Source: Eledone cirrhosa (lineage: Eukaryota). Taken from it: a stretch of 64,000 nt of DNA. Shown here piece by piece: positions 12,901 through 27,900 of the stretch. The stretch is taken from the NCBI GenBank assembly GCA_964016885.1, contig OZ024761.1:8990001-9054000 (forward strand), in the 5' to 3' direction. Below the pieces are notes generated by a model. It saw only the letters and a program-made list of their open reading frames with translations, had not been told where the DNA came from and made no database searches. Within the stretch, counting starts at the first letter, position 1. Each line of letters starts with the position of its first letter. Made by a program: the position numbers and the translations under genes.

Positions 12901-15900
12901 TCCTAGATCTGTGTATTGCCTGCTTGTGTGTTGTATGTGGTCCTAGATCTGTGTATTACCTGCTTGTGTGTTGTATGTGGTCCTAGATGCGTGTATTACC
13001 TGCTTGTGTGTTGTATGTGGTCCTAGATGCGTGTATTGTCTGCTTGTGTGTTGTATGTGGTCCTAGATCTGTGTATTGCCTGCTTGTGTGTTGTATGTGG
13101 TCCTAGATGCGTGTATTGTCTGCTTGTGTGTTGTATGTGGTCCTAGATCTGTGTATTGCCTGCTTGTGTGTTGTATGTGGTCCTAGATGCGTGTATTACC
13201 TGCTTGTGTGTTGTATGTGGTCCTAGATGCGTGTATTACCTGCTTGTGTGTTGTATGTGGTCCTAGATGCGTGTATTGTCTGCTTGTGTGTTGTATGTGG
13301 TCCTAGATGTGTGTATTGACTGCTTCTGTCTTGTATGTGGTCCTAGATGCGTGTATTGTCTGCTTGTGTCTTGTATGTGGTCCTAGATCTGTGTATTGTC
13401 TGCTTGTGTGTTGTATGTGGTCCTAGATGCGTGTATTATCTGCTTGTGTGTTGTATGTGGTCCTAGATGCGTGTATTATCTGCTTGTGTGTTGTATGTGG
13501 TCCTAGATGCGTGTATTATCTGCTTGTGTGTTGTATGTGGTCCTAGATGCGTGTATTACCTGCTTGTGTGTTGTATGTGGTCCTAGATGCGTGTATTACC
13601 TGCTTGTGTGTTGTATGTGGTCCTAGATGCGTGTATTACCTGCTTGTGTCTTGTATGTGGTCCTAGATGCGTGTATTATCTGCTTGTGTGTTGTATGTGG
13701 TCCTAGATGCGTGTATTACCTGCTTGTGTGTTGTATGTGGTCCTAGATGCGTGTATTATCTGCTTGTGTGTTGTATGTGGTCCTAGATGCGTGTATTACC
13801 TGCTTGTGTGTTGTATGTGGTCCTAGATGCGTGTATTACCTGCTTGTGTGTTGTATGTGGTCCTAGATGCGTGTATTATCTGCTTGTGTGTTGTATGTGG
13901 TCCTAGATGCGTGTATTACCTGCTTGTGTGTTGTATGTGGTCCTAGATGCGTGTATTACCTGCTTGTGTGTTGTATGTGGTCCTAGATGCGTGTATTGCC
14001 TGCTTGTGTGTTGTATGTGGTCCTAGATGTGTGTATTGTCTGCTTGTGTGTTGTATGTGGTCCTAGATCTGTGTATTGCCTGCTTGTGTGTTGTATGTGG
14101 TCCTAGATGCGTGTATTACCTGCTTGTGTGTTGTATGTGGTCCTAGATGTGTGTATTACCTGCTTGTGTATTGTATGTGGTCCTAGATATGTGTGCTACC
14201 TGCTTCTGTGTTGTATGTGGTTCTAGATGCGTGTATTACCTGCTTGTGTGTTGTATGTGGTCCTAGATGCGTGTATTGTCTGCTTGTGTGTTGTATGTGG
14301 TCCTAGATGTGTGTATTACCTGCTTGTGTGTTGTATGTGGTCCTAGATGCGTGTATTGCCTGCTTGTGTGTTGTATGTGGTCCTAGATGTGTGTATTGTC
14401 TGCTTGTGTGTTCTATGTGGTCCTAGATGTGTGTATTACCTACTTGTGTGTTGTATGTGGTCCTAGATGTGTGTATTACCTGCCTGTGTGTTGTATGTGG
14501 TCCTAGATGCGTGTATTGCCTGCTTGTGTGTTGTATGTGGTCCTAGATGTGTGTATTGTCTGCTTGTGTGTTCTATGTGGTCCTAGATGTGTGTATTACC
14601 TGCTTGTGTGTTGTATGTGGTCCTAGATGCGTGTATTGTCTGCTTGTGTGTTGTATGTGGTCCTAGATCTGTGTATTGCCTGCTTGTGTGTTGTATGTAG
14701 TCCTAGATGTGTGTATTACCTGCTTGTGTGTTGTATGTGGTCCTAGATGTGTGTATTACCTGCTTGTGTGTTGTATGTGGTCCTAGATGCGTGTATTACC
14801 TGCTTGTGTGTTGTATGTGGTCCTAGATGTGTGTATTGTCTGCTTGTGTGTTGTATGTGGTCCTAGATCTGTGTATTGCCTGCTTGTGTGTTGTATGTGG
14901 TCCTAGATCTGTGTATTACCTGCTTGTGTGTTGTATGTGGTCCTAGATGCGTGTATTGTCTGCTTGTGTGTTTTATGTGGTCCTAGATGTGTGTATTACC
15001 TGCTTGTGTGTTCTATGTGGTCCTAGATGCGTGTATTACCTGCTTGTGTGTTGTATGTGGTCCTAGATGCGTGTATTGCCTGCTTGTGTGTTGTATGTGG
15101 TCCTAGATGCGTGTATTACCTGCTTGTGTGTTGTATGTGGTCCTAGATGCGTGTATTACCTGCTTGTGTGTTGTATGTGGTCCTAGATGCGTGTATTATC
15201 TGATTATGTGTTGTATGTGGTCCTAGATGCGTGTATTGCCTGCTTGTGTGTTCTATGTGGTCCTAGATGCATGTATTACCTGCTTGTGTGTTGTATGTGG
15301 TCCTAGATGTGTGTATTACCTGCTTGTGTGTTGTATGTGGTCCTAGATGCGTGTATTGTCTGCTTGTGTGTTGTATGTGGTCCTAGATATGTGTGCTACC
15401 TGCTTGTGTGTTGTATGTGGTCCTAGATGCGTGTATTGCCTGCTTGTGTGTTGTATGTGGTCCTAGATGTGTGTATTGCCTGCTTGTGTCTTGTATGTGG
15501 TCCTAGATGCGTGTATTGTCTGCTTGTGTGTTGTATGTGGTCCTAGATATGTGTGCTACCTGCTTGTATGTTGTATGTGGTCCTAGATGTGTGTATTGCC
15601 TGCTTGTGTGTTGTATGTGGTCCTAGATGCGTGTATTGCTTGCTTGTGTGTTGTATGTGGTCCTAGATGTGTGTATTGCCTGCTTGTGTCTTGTATGTGG
15701 TCCTAGATGCCGTTATTGTCTGCTTGTGTGTTCTATGTGGTCCTAGATGCGTGTATTACCTGCTTGTGTGTTGTATGTGGTCCTAGATGCGTGTATTGCC
15801 TGCTTGTGTGTTGTATGTGGTCCTAGATGCGTGTATTACCTGCTTGTGTGTTGTATGTGGTCCTAGATGCGTGTATTACCTGCTTGTGTGTTGTATGTGG

Positions 15901-18900
15901 TCCTAGATGCGTGTATTATCTGATTATGTGTTGTATGTGGTCCTAGATGCGTGTATTGCCTGCTTGTGTGTTCTATGTGGTCCTAGATGCATGTATTACC
16001 TGCTTGTGTGTTGTATGTGGTCCTAGATGTGTGTATTACCTGCTTGTGTGTTGTATGTGGTCCTAGATGCGTGTATTGTCTGCTTGTGTGTTGTATGTGG
16101 TCCTAGATATGTGTGCTACCTTCTTGTGTGTTGTATGTGGTCCTAGATGCGTGTATTGCCTGCTTGTGTGTTGTATGTGGTCCTAGATGTGTGTATTGCC
16201 TGCTTGTGTCTTGTATGTGGTCCTAGATGCGTGTATTGTCTGCTTGTGTGTTGTATGTGGTCCTAGATATGTGTGCTACCTGCTTGTATGTTGTATGTGG
16301 TCCTAGATGTGTGTATTGCCTGCTTGTGTGTTGTATGTGGTCCTAGATGCGTGTATTGCTTGCTTGTGTGTTGTATGTGGTCCTAGATGTGTGTATTGCC
16401 TGCTTGTGTCTTCTATGTGGTCCTAGATGCCGTTATTGTCTGCTTGTGTGTTGTATGTGGTCCTAGATGCGTGTATTACCTGCTGGTGTGTTGTATGTGG
16501 TCCTAGATGCGTGTATTACCTGCTGGTGTGTTGTATGTGGTCCTAGATCTGTGTATTGCATGCTTCTGTGTTGTATGTGGTCCTAGATGTGTGTATTGCC
16601 TGCTTCTGTGTTGTATGTGGTCCTAGATGCGTGTATTGTCTGCTTGTTTGTTGTATGTGGTCCTAGATGTGTGTATTGTCTGCTTGTGTGTTGTATGTGG
16701 TTCTAGATCTGTGTATTACCTGCTTGTGTGTTGTATGTGGTCCTAGATGTGTGTATTGCCTGCTTGTGTGTTGTATGTGGTCCTAGATCTGTGTATTACC
16801 TGCTTGTGTGTTGTATGTGGTCCTAGATGCGTGTATTGCATGCTTGTGTGTTGTATGTGGTCCTAGATGCGTGTATTGTCTGCTTGTGTGTTGTATGTGG
16901 TCCTAGATGCGTGTATTTTGTGTTGTATGTGGTCCTAGATGCGTGTATTGTCTGCTTGTGTGTTGTATGTGGTCCTAGATCTGTGTATTGCCTGCTTGTG
17001 TGTTGTATGTGGTCCTAGATCTGTGTATTACCTGCTTGTGTGTTGTATGTGGTCCTAGATGCGTGTATTACCTGCTTGTGTGTTGTATGTGGTCCTAGAT
17101 CTGTGTATTGCCTGCTTGTGTGTTGTATGTGGTCCTAGATGTGTGTATTACCTGCTTGTGTGTTGTATGTGGTCCTAGATGCGTGTATTGCCTGCTTGTG
17201 TGTAGTATGTGGTCCTAGATCTGTGTATTGCCTGCTTGTGTGTTGTATGTGGTCCTAGATGCGTGTATTGTCTGCTTGTGTGTTGTATGTGGTCCTAGAT
17301 CTGTGTATTGCCTGCTTGTGTGTTGTATGTGTTCCTAGATGTGTGTATTGTCTGCTTGTGTGTTGTATGTGGTCCTAGATGCGTGTATTGTCTGCTTGTG
17401 TGTTGTATGTGGTCCTAGATCTGTGTATTGCCTGCTTGTGTGTTCTATGTGGTCCTAGATGCGTGTATTGTCTGCTTGTGTGTTGTATGTGGTCCTAGAT
17501 CTGTGTATTGCCTGCTTGTGTGTTGTATGTGGTCCTAGATGTGTGTATTACCTGCTTGTGTGTTGTATGTGGTCCTAGATGCGTGTATTACCTGCTTGTG
17601 TGTTGTATGTGGTCCTAGATCTGTGTATTGCCTGCTTGTGTGTTGTATGTGGTCCTAGATCTGTGTATTACCTGCTTGTGTGTTGTATGTGGTCCTAGAT
17701 GCGTGTATTGTCTGCTTGTGTGTTGTATGTGGTCCTAGATGCGTGTATTGTCTGCTTGTGTGTTGTATGTGGTCCTAGATGCGTGTATTGTCTGCTTGTG
17801 TGTTGTATGTGGTCCTAGATGCGTGTATTGTCTGCTTGTGTGTTGTATGTGGTCCTAGATGCGTGTATTGTCTGCTTGTGTGTTGTATGTGGTCCTAGAT
17901 GCGTGTATTGTCTGCTTGTGTGTTGTATGTGGTCCTAGATGTGTGTATTGTCTGCTTGTGTGTTGTATGTGGTCCTAGATGTGTGTATTACCTGCTTGTG
18001 TGTTGTATGTGGTCTTAGATGCGTGTATTACCTGCTTGTGTGTTGTATGTGGTCCTAGATGTGTGTATTATCTGCTTGTGTGTTGTATGTGGTCCTAGAT
18101 GCGTGTATTATCTGATTATGTGTTGTATGTGGTCCTAGATGCGTGTATTGCCTGCTTGTGTGTTGTATGTGGTCCTAGATGCGTGTATTGTCTGCTTGTG
18201 TGTTGTATGTGGTCCTAGATGCGTGTATTATCTGATTATGTGTTGTATGTGGTCCAAGATGCGTGTATTGCCTGCTTGTGTGTTGTATGTGGTCCTAGAT
18301 GCGTGTATTGTCTGCTTGTGTGTTGTATGTGGTCCTAGATGTGTGTATTACCTGCTTGTGTGTTGTATGTGGTCCTAGATGCGTGTATTGTCTGCTTGTG
18401 TGTTGTATGTGGTCCTAGATGCGTGTATTATCTGATTATGTGTTGTATGTGGTCCTAGATGCGTGTATTGCCTGCTTGTGTGTTGTATGTGGTCCTAGAT
18501 GCGTGTATTGCCTGCTTGTGTGTTGTATGTGGTCCTAGATGTGTGTATTACCTGCTTGTGTGTTGTATGTGGTCCTAGATGCGTGTATTGTCTGCTTGTG
18601 TGTTGTTTGTGGTCCTAGATGCGTGTATTGTCTGCTTGTGTGTTGTATGTGGTCCTAGATGCGTGTATTGTCTGCTTGTGTGTTGTATGTGGTCCTAGAT
18701 ATGTGTGCTACCTGCTTGTGTGTTGTATGTGGTCCTAGATGTGTGTATTGCCTGCTTGTGTGTTGTATGTGGTCCTAGATGCGTGTATTGCCTGCTTGTG
18801 TGTTGTATGTGGTCCTAGATCTGTGTATTACCTGTTTGTGTGTTGTATGTGGTCCTAGATGCGTGTATTGCATGCTTGTGTGTTGTATGTGGTCCTAGAT

Positions 18901-21900
18901 GCGTGTATTGTCTGCTTGTGTGTTGTATGTGGTCCTAGATGCGTGTATTGTGTGTTGTATGTGGTCCTAGATGCGTGTATTGTCTGCTTGTGTGTTGTAT
19001 GTGGTCCTAGATCTGTGTATTGCCTGCTTGTGTGTTGTATGTGGTCCTAGATCTGTGTATTACCTGCTTGTGTGTTGTATGTGGTCCTAGATGCGTGTAT
19101 TACCTGCTTGTGTGTTGTATGTGGTCCTAGATGCGTGTATTGTCTGCTTGTGTGTTGTATGTGGTCCTAGATCTGTGTATTGCCTGCTTGTGTGTTGTAT
19201 GTGGTCCTAGATGCGTGTATTGTCTGCTTGTGTGTTGTATGTGGTCCTAGATCTGTGTATTGCCTGCTTGTGTGTTGTATGTGGTCCTAGATGCGTGTAT
19301 TACCTGCTTGTGTGTTGTATGTGGTCCTAGATGCGTGTATTACCTGCTTGTGTGTTGTATGTGGTCCTAGATGCGTGTATTGTCTGCTTGTGTGTTGTAT
19401 GTGGTCCTAGATGTGTGTATTGACTGCTTCTGTCTTGTATGTGGTCCTAGATGCGTGTATTGTCTGCTTGTGTCTTGTATGTGGTCCTAGATCTGTGTAT
19501 TGTCTGCTTGTGTGTTGTATGTGGTCCTAGATGCGTGTATTATCTGCTTGTGTGTTGTATGTGGTCCTAGATGCGTGTATTATCTGCTTGTGTGTTGTAT
19601 GTGGTCCTAGATGCGTGTATTATCTGCTTGTGTGTTGTATGTGGTCCTAGATGCGTGTATTACCTGCTTGTGTGTTGTATGTGGTCCTAGATGCGTGTAT
19701 TACCTGCTTGTGTGTTGTATGTGGTCCTAGATGCGTGTATTACCTGCTTGTGTCTTGTATGTGGTCCTAGATGCGTGTATTATCTGCTTGTGTGTTGTAT
19801 GTGGTCCTAGATGCGTGTATTACCTGCTTGTGTGTTGTATGTGGTCCTAGATGCGTGTATTATCTGCTTGTGTGTTGTATGTGGTCCTAGATGCGTGTAT
19901 TACCTGCTTGTGTGTTGTATGTGGTCCTAGATGCGTGTATTACCTGCTTGTGTGTTGTATGTGGTCCTAGATGCGTGTATTATCTGCTTGTGTGTTGTAT
20001 GTGGTCCTAGATGCGTGTATTACCTGCTTGTGTGTTGTATGTGGTCCTAGATGCGTGTATTACCTGCTTGTGTGTTGTATGTGGTCCTAGATGCGTGTAT
20101 TGCCTGCTTGTGTGTTGTATGTGGTCCTAGATGTGTGTATTGTCTGCTTGTGTGTTGTATGTGGTCCTAGATCTGTGTATTGCCTGCTTGTGTGTTGTAT
20201 GTGGTCCTAGATGCGTGTATTACCTGCTTGTGTGTTGTATGTGGTCCTAGATGTGTGTATTACCTGCTTGTGTATTGTATGTGGTCCTAGATATGTGTGC
20301 TACCTGCTTCTGTGTTGTATGTGGTTCTAGATGCGTGTATTACCTGCTTGTGTGTTGTATGTGGTCCTAGATGCGTGTATTGTCTGCTTGTGTGTTGTAT
20401 GTGGTCCTAGATGTGTGTATTACCTGCTTGTGTGTTGTATGTGGTCCTAGATGCGTGTATTGCCTGCTTGTGTGTTGTATGTGGTCCTAGATGTGTGTAT
20501 TGTCTGCTTGTGTGTTCTATGTGGTCCTAGATGTGTGTATTACCTACTTGTGTGTTGTATGTGGTCCTAGATGTGTGTATTACCTGCCTGTGTGTTGTAT
20601 GTGGTCCTAGATGTGTGTATTACCTGCTTGTGTGTTGTATGTGGTCCTAGATGTGTGTATTACCTGCTCGTGTGTTGTATGTGGTCCTAGATGCGTGTAA
20701 TTCCTGCTTGTGTGTTGTATGTGGTCCTAGATGTGTGTATTACCTGCTTGTGTGTTGTATGTGGTCCTAGATGCGTGTATTGCTTGCTTGTGTGTTGTAT
20801 GTGGTCCTAGATGCGTGTATTGTCTGCTTGTGTGTTGTATGTGGTCCTAGATGCGTGTATTGTGTGTTGTATGTGGTCCTAGATGCGTGTATTGTCTGCT
20901 TGTGTGTTGTATGTGGTCCTAGATCTGTGTATTGCCTGCTTGTGTGTTGTATGTGGTCCTAGATCTGTGTATTACCTGCTTGTGTGTTGTATGTGGTCCT
21001 AGATGCGTGTATTACCTGCTTGTGTGCTGTATGTGGTCCTAGATGCGTGTATTGTCTGCTTGTGTGTTGTATGTGGTCCTAGATGTGTGTATTGCCTGCT
21101 TGTGTGTTGTATGTGGTCCTAGATGCGTGTATTGTCTGCTTGTGTGTTGTATGTGGTCCTAGATGTGTGTATTGCCTGCTTGTGTGTTGTATGTGGTCCT
21201 AGATGCGTGTATTGTCTGCTTGTGTGTTGTATGTGGTCCTAGATCTGTGTATTGCCTGCTTGTGTGTTGTATGTGGTCCTAGATGCGTGTATTACCTGCT
21301 TGTGTGTTGTATGTGGTCCTAGATGCGTGTATTACCTGCTGGTGTGTTGTATGTGGTCCTAGATGCGTGTATTACCTGCTGGTGTGTTGTATGTGGTACT
21401 AGATGCGTGTATTACCTGCTGGTGTGTTGTATGTGGTCCTAGATCTGTGTATTGCCTGCTTCTGTGTTGTATGTGGTCCTAGATGTGTGTATTGCCTGCT
21501 TCTGTGTTGTATGTGGTCCTAGATGCGTGTATTGTCTGCTTGTGTGTTGTATGTGGTCCTAGATGCGTGTATTGTCTGCTTGTGTGTTGTATGTGGTCCT
21601 AGATCTGTGTATTACCTGCTTGTGTGTTGTATGTGGTCCTAGATGTGTGTATTGCCTGCTTGTGTGTTGTATGTGGTCCTAGATCTGTGTATTACCTGCT
21701 TGTGTGTTGTATGTGGTCCTAGATGCGTGTATTGCATGCTTGTGTGTTGTATGTGGTCCTAGATGCGTGTATTGTCTGCTTGTGTGTTGTATGTGGTCCT
21801 AGATGCGTGTATTGTGTGTTGTATGTGGTCCTAGATGCGTGTATTGTCTGCTTGTGTGTTGTATGTGGTCCTAGATCTGTGTATTGCCTGCTTGTGTGTT

Positions 21901-24900
21901 GTATGTGGTCCTAGATCTGTGTATTACCTGCTTGTGTGTTGTATGTGGTCCTAGATGCGTGTATTACCTGCTTGTGTGTTGTATGTGGTCCTAGATGCGT
22001 GTATTGTCTGCTTGTGTGTTGTATGTGGTCCTAGATCTGTGTATTGCCTGCTTGTGTGTTGTATGTGGTCCTAGATGCGTGTATTGTCTGCTTGTGTGTT
22101 GTATGTGGTCCTAGATCTGTGTATTGCCTGCTTGTGTGTTGTATGTGGTCCTAGATGCGTGTATTACCTGCTTGTGTGTTGTATGTGGTCCTAGATGCGT
22201 GTATTACCTGCTTGTGTGTTGTATGTGGTCCTAGATGCGTGTATTGTCTGCTTGTGTGTTGTATGTGGTCCTAGATCTGTGTATTGCCTGCTTCTGTCTT
22301 GTATGTGGTCCTAGATGCGTGTATTGTCTGCTTGTGTCTTGTATGTGGTCCTAGATCTGTGTATTGTCTGCTTGTGTGTTGTATGTGGTCCTAGATGCGT
22401 GTATTATCTGCTTGTGTGTTGTATGTGGTCCTAGATGCGTGTATTATCTGCTTGTGTGTTGTATGTGGTCCTAGATGCGTGTATTATCTGCTTGTGTGTT
22501 GTATGTGGTCCTAGATGCGTGTATTACCTGCTTGTGTGTTGTATGTGGTCCTAGATGCGTGTATTACCTGCTTGTGTGTTGTATGTGGTCCTAGATGCGT
22601 GTATTACCTGCTTGTGTGTTGTATGTGGTCCTAGATGCGTGTATTATCTGCTTGTGTGTTGTATGTGGTCCTAGATGCGTGTATTACCTGCTTGTGTGTT
22701 GTATGTGGTCCTAGATGCGTGTATTATCTGCTTGTGTGTTGTATGTGGTCCTAGATGCGTGTATTACCTGCTTGTGTGTTGTATGTGGTCCTAGATGCGT
22801 GTATTACCTGCTTGTGTGTTGTATGTGGTCCTAGATGCGTGTATTATCTGCTTGTGTGTTGTATGTGGTCCTAGATGCGTGTATTACCTGCTTGTGTGTT
22901 GTATGTGGTCCTAGATGCGTGTATTACCTGCTTGTGTGTTGTATGTGGTCCTAGATGCGTGTATTGCCTGCTTGTGTGTTGTATGTGGTCCTAGATGTGT
23001 GTATTGTCTGCTTGTGTGTTGTATGTGGTCCTAGATCTGTGTATTGCCTGCTTGTGTGTTGTATGTGGTCCTAGATGCGTGTATTACCTGCTTGTGTGTT
23101 GTATGTGGTCCTAGATGTGTGTATTACCTGCTTGTGTATTGTATGTGGTCCTAGATATGTGTGCTACCTGCTTCTGTGTTGTATGTGGTTCTAGATGCGT
23201 GTATTACCTGCTTGTGTGTTGTATGTGGTCCTAGATGCGTGTATTGTCTGCTTGTGTGTTGTATGTGGTCCTAGATGTGTGTATTACCTGCTTGTGTGTT
23301 GTATGTGGTCCTAGATGCGTGTATTGCCTGCTTGTGTGTTGTATGTGGTCCTAGATGTGTGTATTGTCTGCTTGTGTGTTCTATGTGGTCCTAGATGTGT
23401 GTATTACCTGCTTGTGTGTTGTATGTGGTCCTAGATGTGTGTATTACCTGCCTGTGTGTTGTATGTGGTCCTAGATGTGTGTATTACCTGCTTGTGTGTT
23501 GTATGTGGTCCTAGATGTGTGTATTACCTGCTCGTGTGTTGTATGTGGTCCTAGATGCGTGTAATTCCTGCTTGTGTGTTGTATGTGGTCCTAGATGTGT
23601 GTATTACCTGCTTGTGTGTTGTATGTGGTCCTAGATGCGTGTATTGCTTGCTTGTGTGTTGTATGTGGTCCTAGATGCGTGTATTGTCTGCTTGTGTGTT
23701 GTATGTGGTCCTAGATGCGTGTATTGTGTGTTGTATGTGGTCCTAGATGCGTGTATTGTCTGCTTGTGTGTTGTATGTGGTCCTAGATCTGTGTATTGCC
23801 TGCTTGTGTGTTGTATGTGGTCCTAGATCTGTGTATTACCTGCTTGTGTGTTGTATGTGGTCCTAGATGCGTGTATTACCTGCTTGTGTGCTGTATGTGG
23901 TCCTAGATGCGTGTATTGTCTGCTTGTGTGTTGTATGTGGTCCTAGATGTGTGTATTGCCTGCTTGTGTGTTGTATGTGGTCCTAGATGCGTGTATTGTC
24001 TGCTTGTGTGTTGTATGTGGTCCTAGATCTGTGTATTGCCTGCTTGTGTGTTGTATGTGGTCCTAGATGCGTGTATTACCTGCTTGTGTGTTGTATGTGG
24101 TCCTAGATGCGTGTATTACCTGCTTGTGTGTTGTATGTGGTCCTAGATGCGTGAATTGTCTGCTTGTGTGTTGTATGTGGTCCTAGATGTGTGTATTGCC
24201 TGCTTGTGTGTTGTATGTGGTCCTAGATGCGTGTATTGTCTGCTTGTGTTTTGTATGTGGTCCTAGATCTGTGTATTGTCTGCTTGTGTGTTGTATGTGG
24301 TCCTAGATGTGTGTATTACCTGCTTGTGTGTTGTATGTGGTCCTAGATGTGTGTATTGCCTGCTTGTGTGTTGTATGTGGTCCTAGATGCGTGTATTACC
24401 TGCTTGTGTGTTGTATGTGGTCCTAGATGCGTGTATTACCTGCTTGTGTGTTGTATGTGGTCCTAGATGCGTGTATTACCTGCTGGTGTGTTGTATGTGG
24501 TCCTAGATGCGTGTATTACCTGCTTGTGTGTTGTATGTGGTCCTAGATGCGTGTATTACCTGCTTGTGTGTTGTATGTGGTCCTAGATGCGTGTATTACC
24601 TGCTTGTGTGTTGTATGTGGTCCTAGATCTGTGTATTGCCTGCTTGTGTGTTGTATGTGGTCCTAGATGCGTGTATTACCTGCTTGTGTGTTGTATGTGG
24701 TCCTAGATGTGTGTATTGTCTGCTTGTGTATTGTATGTGGTCCTAGATATGTGTGCTACCTGCTTCTGTGTTGTATGTGGTCCTAGATGCGTGTATTACC
24801 TCCTTGTGTGTTGTATGTGGTCCTAGATGCGTGTATTGTCTGCTTGTGTGTTGTATGTGGTCCTAGATGTGTGTATTACCTGCTTGTGTTGTTGTATGTG

Positions 24901-27900
24901 GTCCTAGATGCGTGTATTGCCTGCTTGTGTGTTGTATGTAGTCCTAGATGTGTGTATTGTCTGCTTGTGTGTTCTATGTGGTCCTAGATGCGTGTATTAC
25001 CTGCTTGTGTGTTGTATGTGGTCCTAGATGTGTGTATTACCTGCTTGTGTGTTGTATGTGGTCCTAGATGTGTGTATTACCTGCTTGTGTGTTGTATGTG
25101 GTCCGAGATCTGTGTATTACCTGCTCGTGTGTTGTATGTGGTCCTAGATGCGTGTATTGCCTGTTTGTGTGTTGTATGTGGTCCTAGATGTGTGTATTAC
25201 CTGCTTGTGTGTTGTATGTGGTCCTAGATATGTGTGCTACCTGATTCTGTGTTGTATGTGGTCCTAGATGCGTGTATTACCTGCTTGTGTGTTGTATGTG
25301 GTCCTAGATGCGTGTATTGCCTGCTTGTGTGTTGTATGTGGTCCTAGATGCGTGTATTGTCTGCTTGTGTGTTGTATGTGGTCCTAGATGCGTGTATTGT
25401 CTGCTTGTGTGTTGTATGTGGTCCTAGATGCGTGTATTGTCTGCTTGTGTGTTGTATGTGGTCCTAGATCTGTGTATTGTCTGCTTGTGTGTTGTATGTG
25501 GTCCTAGATCTGTGTATTACCTGCTTGTGTGTTGTATGTGGTCCTAGATGCGTGTATTGCCTGCTTGTGTGTTCTATGTGGTCCTAGATGCGTGTATTAC
25601 CTGCTTGTGTGTTGTATGTGGTCCTAGATGTGTGTATTACCTGCTTGTGTGTTGTATGTGGTCCTAGATGCGTGTATTGTCTGCTTGTGTGTTGTATGTG
25701 GTCCTAGATATGTGTGCTACCTGCTTGTGTGTTGTATGTGGTCCTAGATGTGTGTATTGCCTGCTTGTGTGTTGTATGGGGTCCTAGATGCGTGTATTGC
25801 CTGCTTGTGTGTTGTATGTGGTCCTAGATGTGTGTATTGCCTACTTGTGTGTTGTATGTGGACCTAGATGCGTGTATTGTCTGCTTGTGTGTTGTATGTG
25901 GTCCTAGATATGTGTGCTACCTGCTTGTGTGTTGTATGTGGTCCTAGATGTGTGTATTGCCTGCTTGTGTGTTGTATGTGGTCCTAGATGCGTGTATTGC
26001 TTGCTTGTGTGTTGTATGTGGTCCTAGATGTGTGTATTGCCTGCTTGTGTCTTGTATGTGGTCCTAGATGCGTGTATTACCTGCTTGTGTGTTGTATGTG
26101 GTCCTAGATCTGTGTATTGTCTGCTTGTGTGTTGTATGTGGTCCTAGATCTGTGTATTGTCTGCTTGTGTGTTGTATGTGGTCCTAGATCTGTGTATTGT
26201 CTGCTTGTGTGTTGTATGTGGTCCTAGATGCGTGTATTGTCTGCTTGTGTGTTGTATGTGGTCCTAGATCTGTGTATTGTCTGCTTGTGTGTTGTATGTG
26301 GTCCTAGATGCGTGTATTACCTGCTGGTGTGTTGTATGTGGTACTAGATGCGTGTATTACCTGCTGGTGTGTTGTATGTGGTCCTAGATCTGTGCATTGC
26401 CTGCTTCTGTGTTGTATGTGGTCTTAGATGTGTGTATTGCCTGCTTCTGTGTTGTATGTGGTCCTAGATGCGTGTATTGTCTGCTTGTGTGTTGTATGTG
26501 GTCCTAGATGCGTGTATTGTCTGCTTGTGTGTTGTATGTGGTCCTAGATCTGTGTATTACCTGCTTGTGTGTTGTATGTGGTCCTAGATGTGTGTATTGC
26601 CTGCTTGTGTGTTGTATGTGGTCCTAGATCTGTGTATTACCTGCTTGTGTGTTGTATGTGGTCCTAGATGCGTGTATTGCATGCTTGTGTGTTGTATGTG
26701 GTCCTAGATGCGTGTATTGTCTGCTTGTGTGTTGTATGTGGTCCTAGATGCGTGTATTGTGTGTTGTATGTGGTCCTAGATGCGTGTATTGTCTGCTTGT
26801 GTGTTGTATGTGGTCCTAGATCTGTGTATTGCCTGCTTGTGTGTTGTCTGTGGTCCTAGATCTGTGTATTACCTGCTTGTGTGTTGTATGTGGTCCTAGA
26901 TGCGTGTATTACCTGCTTGTGTGTTGTATGTGGTCCTAGATGCGTGTATTGTCTGCTTGTGTGTTGTATGTGGTCCTAGATCTGTGTATTGCCTGCTTGT
27001 GTGTTGTATGTGGTCCTAGATGCGTGTTTTGTCTGCTTGTGTGTTGTATGTGGTCCTAGATGTGTGTATTGCCTGCTTCTGTCTTGTATGTGGTCCTAGA
27101 TGCGTGTATTGTCTGCTTGTGTCTTGTATGTGGTCCTAGATCTGTGTATTGTCTGCTTGTGTGTTGTATGTGGTCCTAGATGTGTGTCTTACCTGCTTGT
27201 GTGTTGTATGTGGTCCTAGATGTGTGTATTGCCTGCTTGTGTGTTGTATGTGGTCCTAGATGCGTGTATTACCTGCTTGTGTGTTGTATGTGGTCCTAGA
27301 TGCGTGTATTACCTGCTTGTGTGTTGTATGTGGTCCTAGATGCGTGTATTTGCTTGTGTGTTGTATGTGGTCCTAGATGCGTGTATTACCTGCTGGTGTG
27401 TTGTATGTGGTCCTAGATGCGTGTATTACCTGCTTGTGTGTTGTATGTGGTCCTAGATGCGTGTATTACCTGCTTGTGTGTTGTATGTGGTCCTAGATGC
27501 GTGTATTACCTGCTTGTGTGTTGTATGTGGTCCTAGATGCGTGTATTACCTGCTTGTGTGTTGTATGTGGTCCTAGATGCGTGTATTACCTGCTTGTGTG
27601 TTGTATGTGGTCCTAGATGCGTGTATTGTCTGCTTGTGTGTTGTATGTGGTCCTAGATGCGTGTATTACCTGCTTGTGTGTTGTATGTGGTCCTAGATGC
27701 GTGTATTGCCTGCTTGTGTGTTGTATGTGGTCCTAGATGTGTGTATTGTCTGCTTGTGTGTTGTATGTGGTCCTAGATCTGTGTATTGCCTGCTTGTGTG
27801 TTGTATGTGGTCCTAGATGCGTGTATTACCTGCTTGTGTGTTGTATGTGGTCCTAGATGTGTGTATTACCTGCTTGTGTATTGTATGTGGTCCTAGATAT

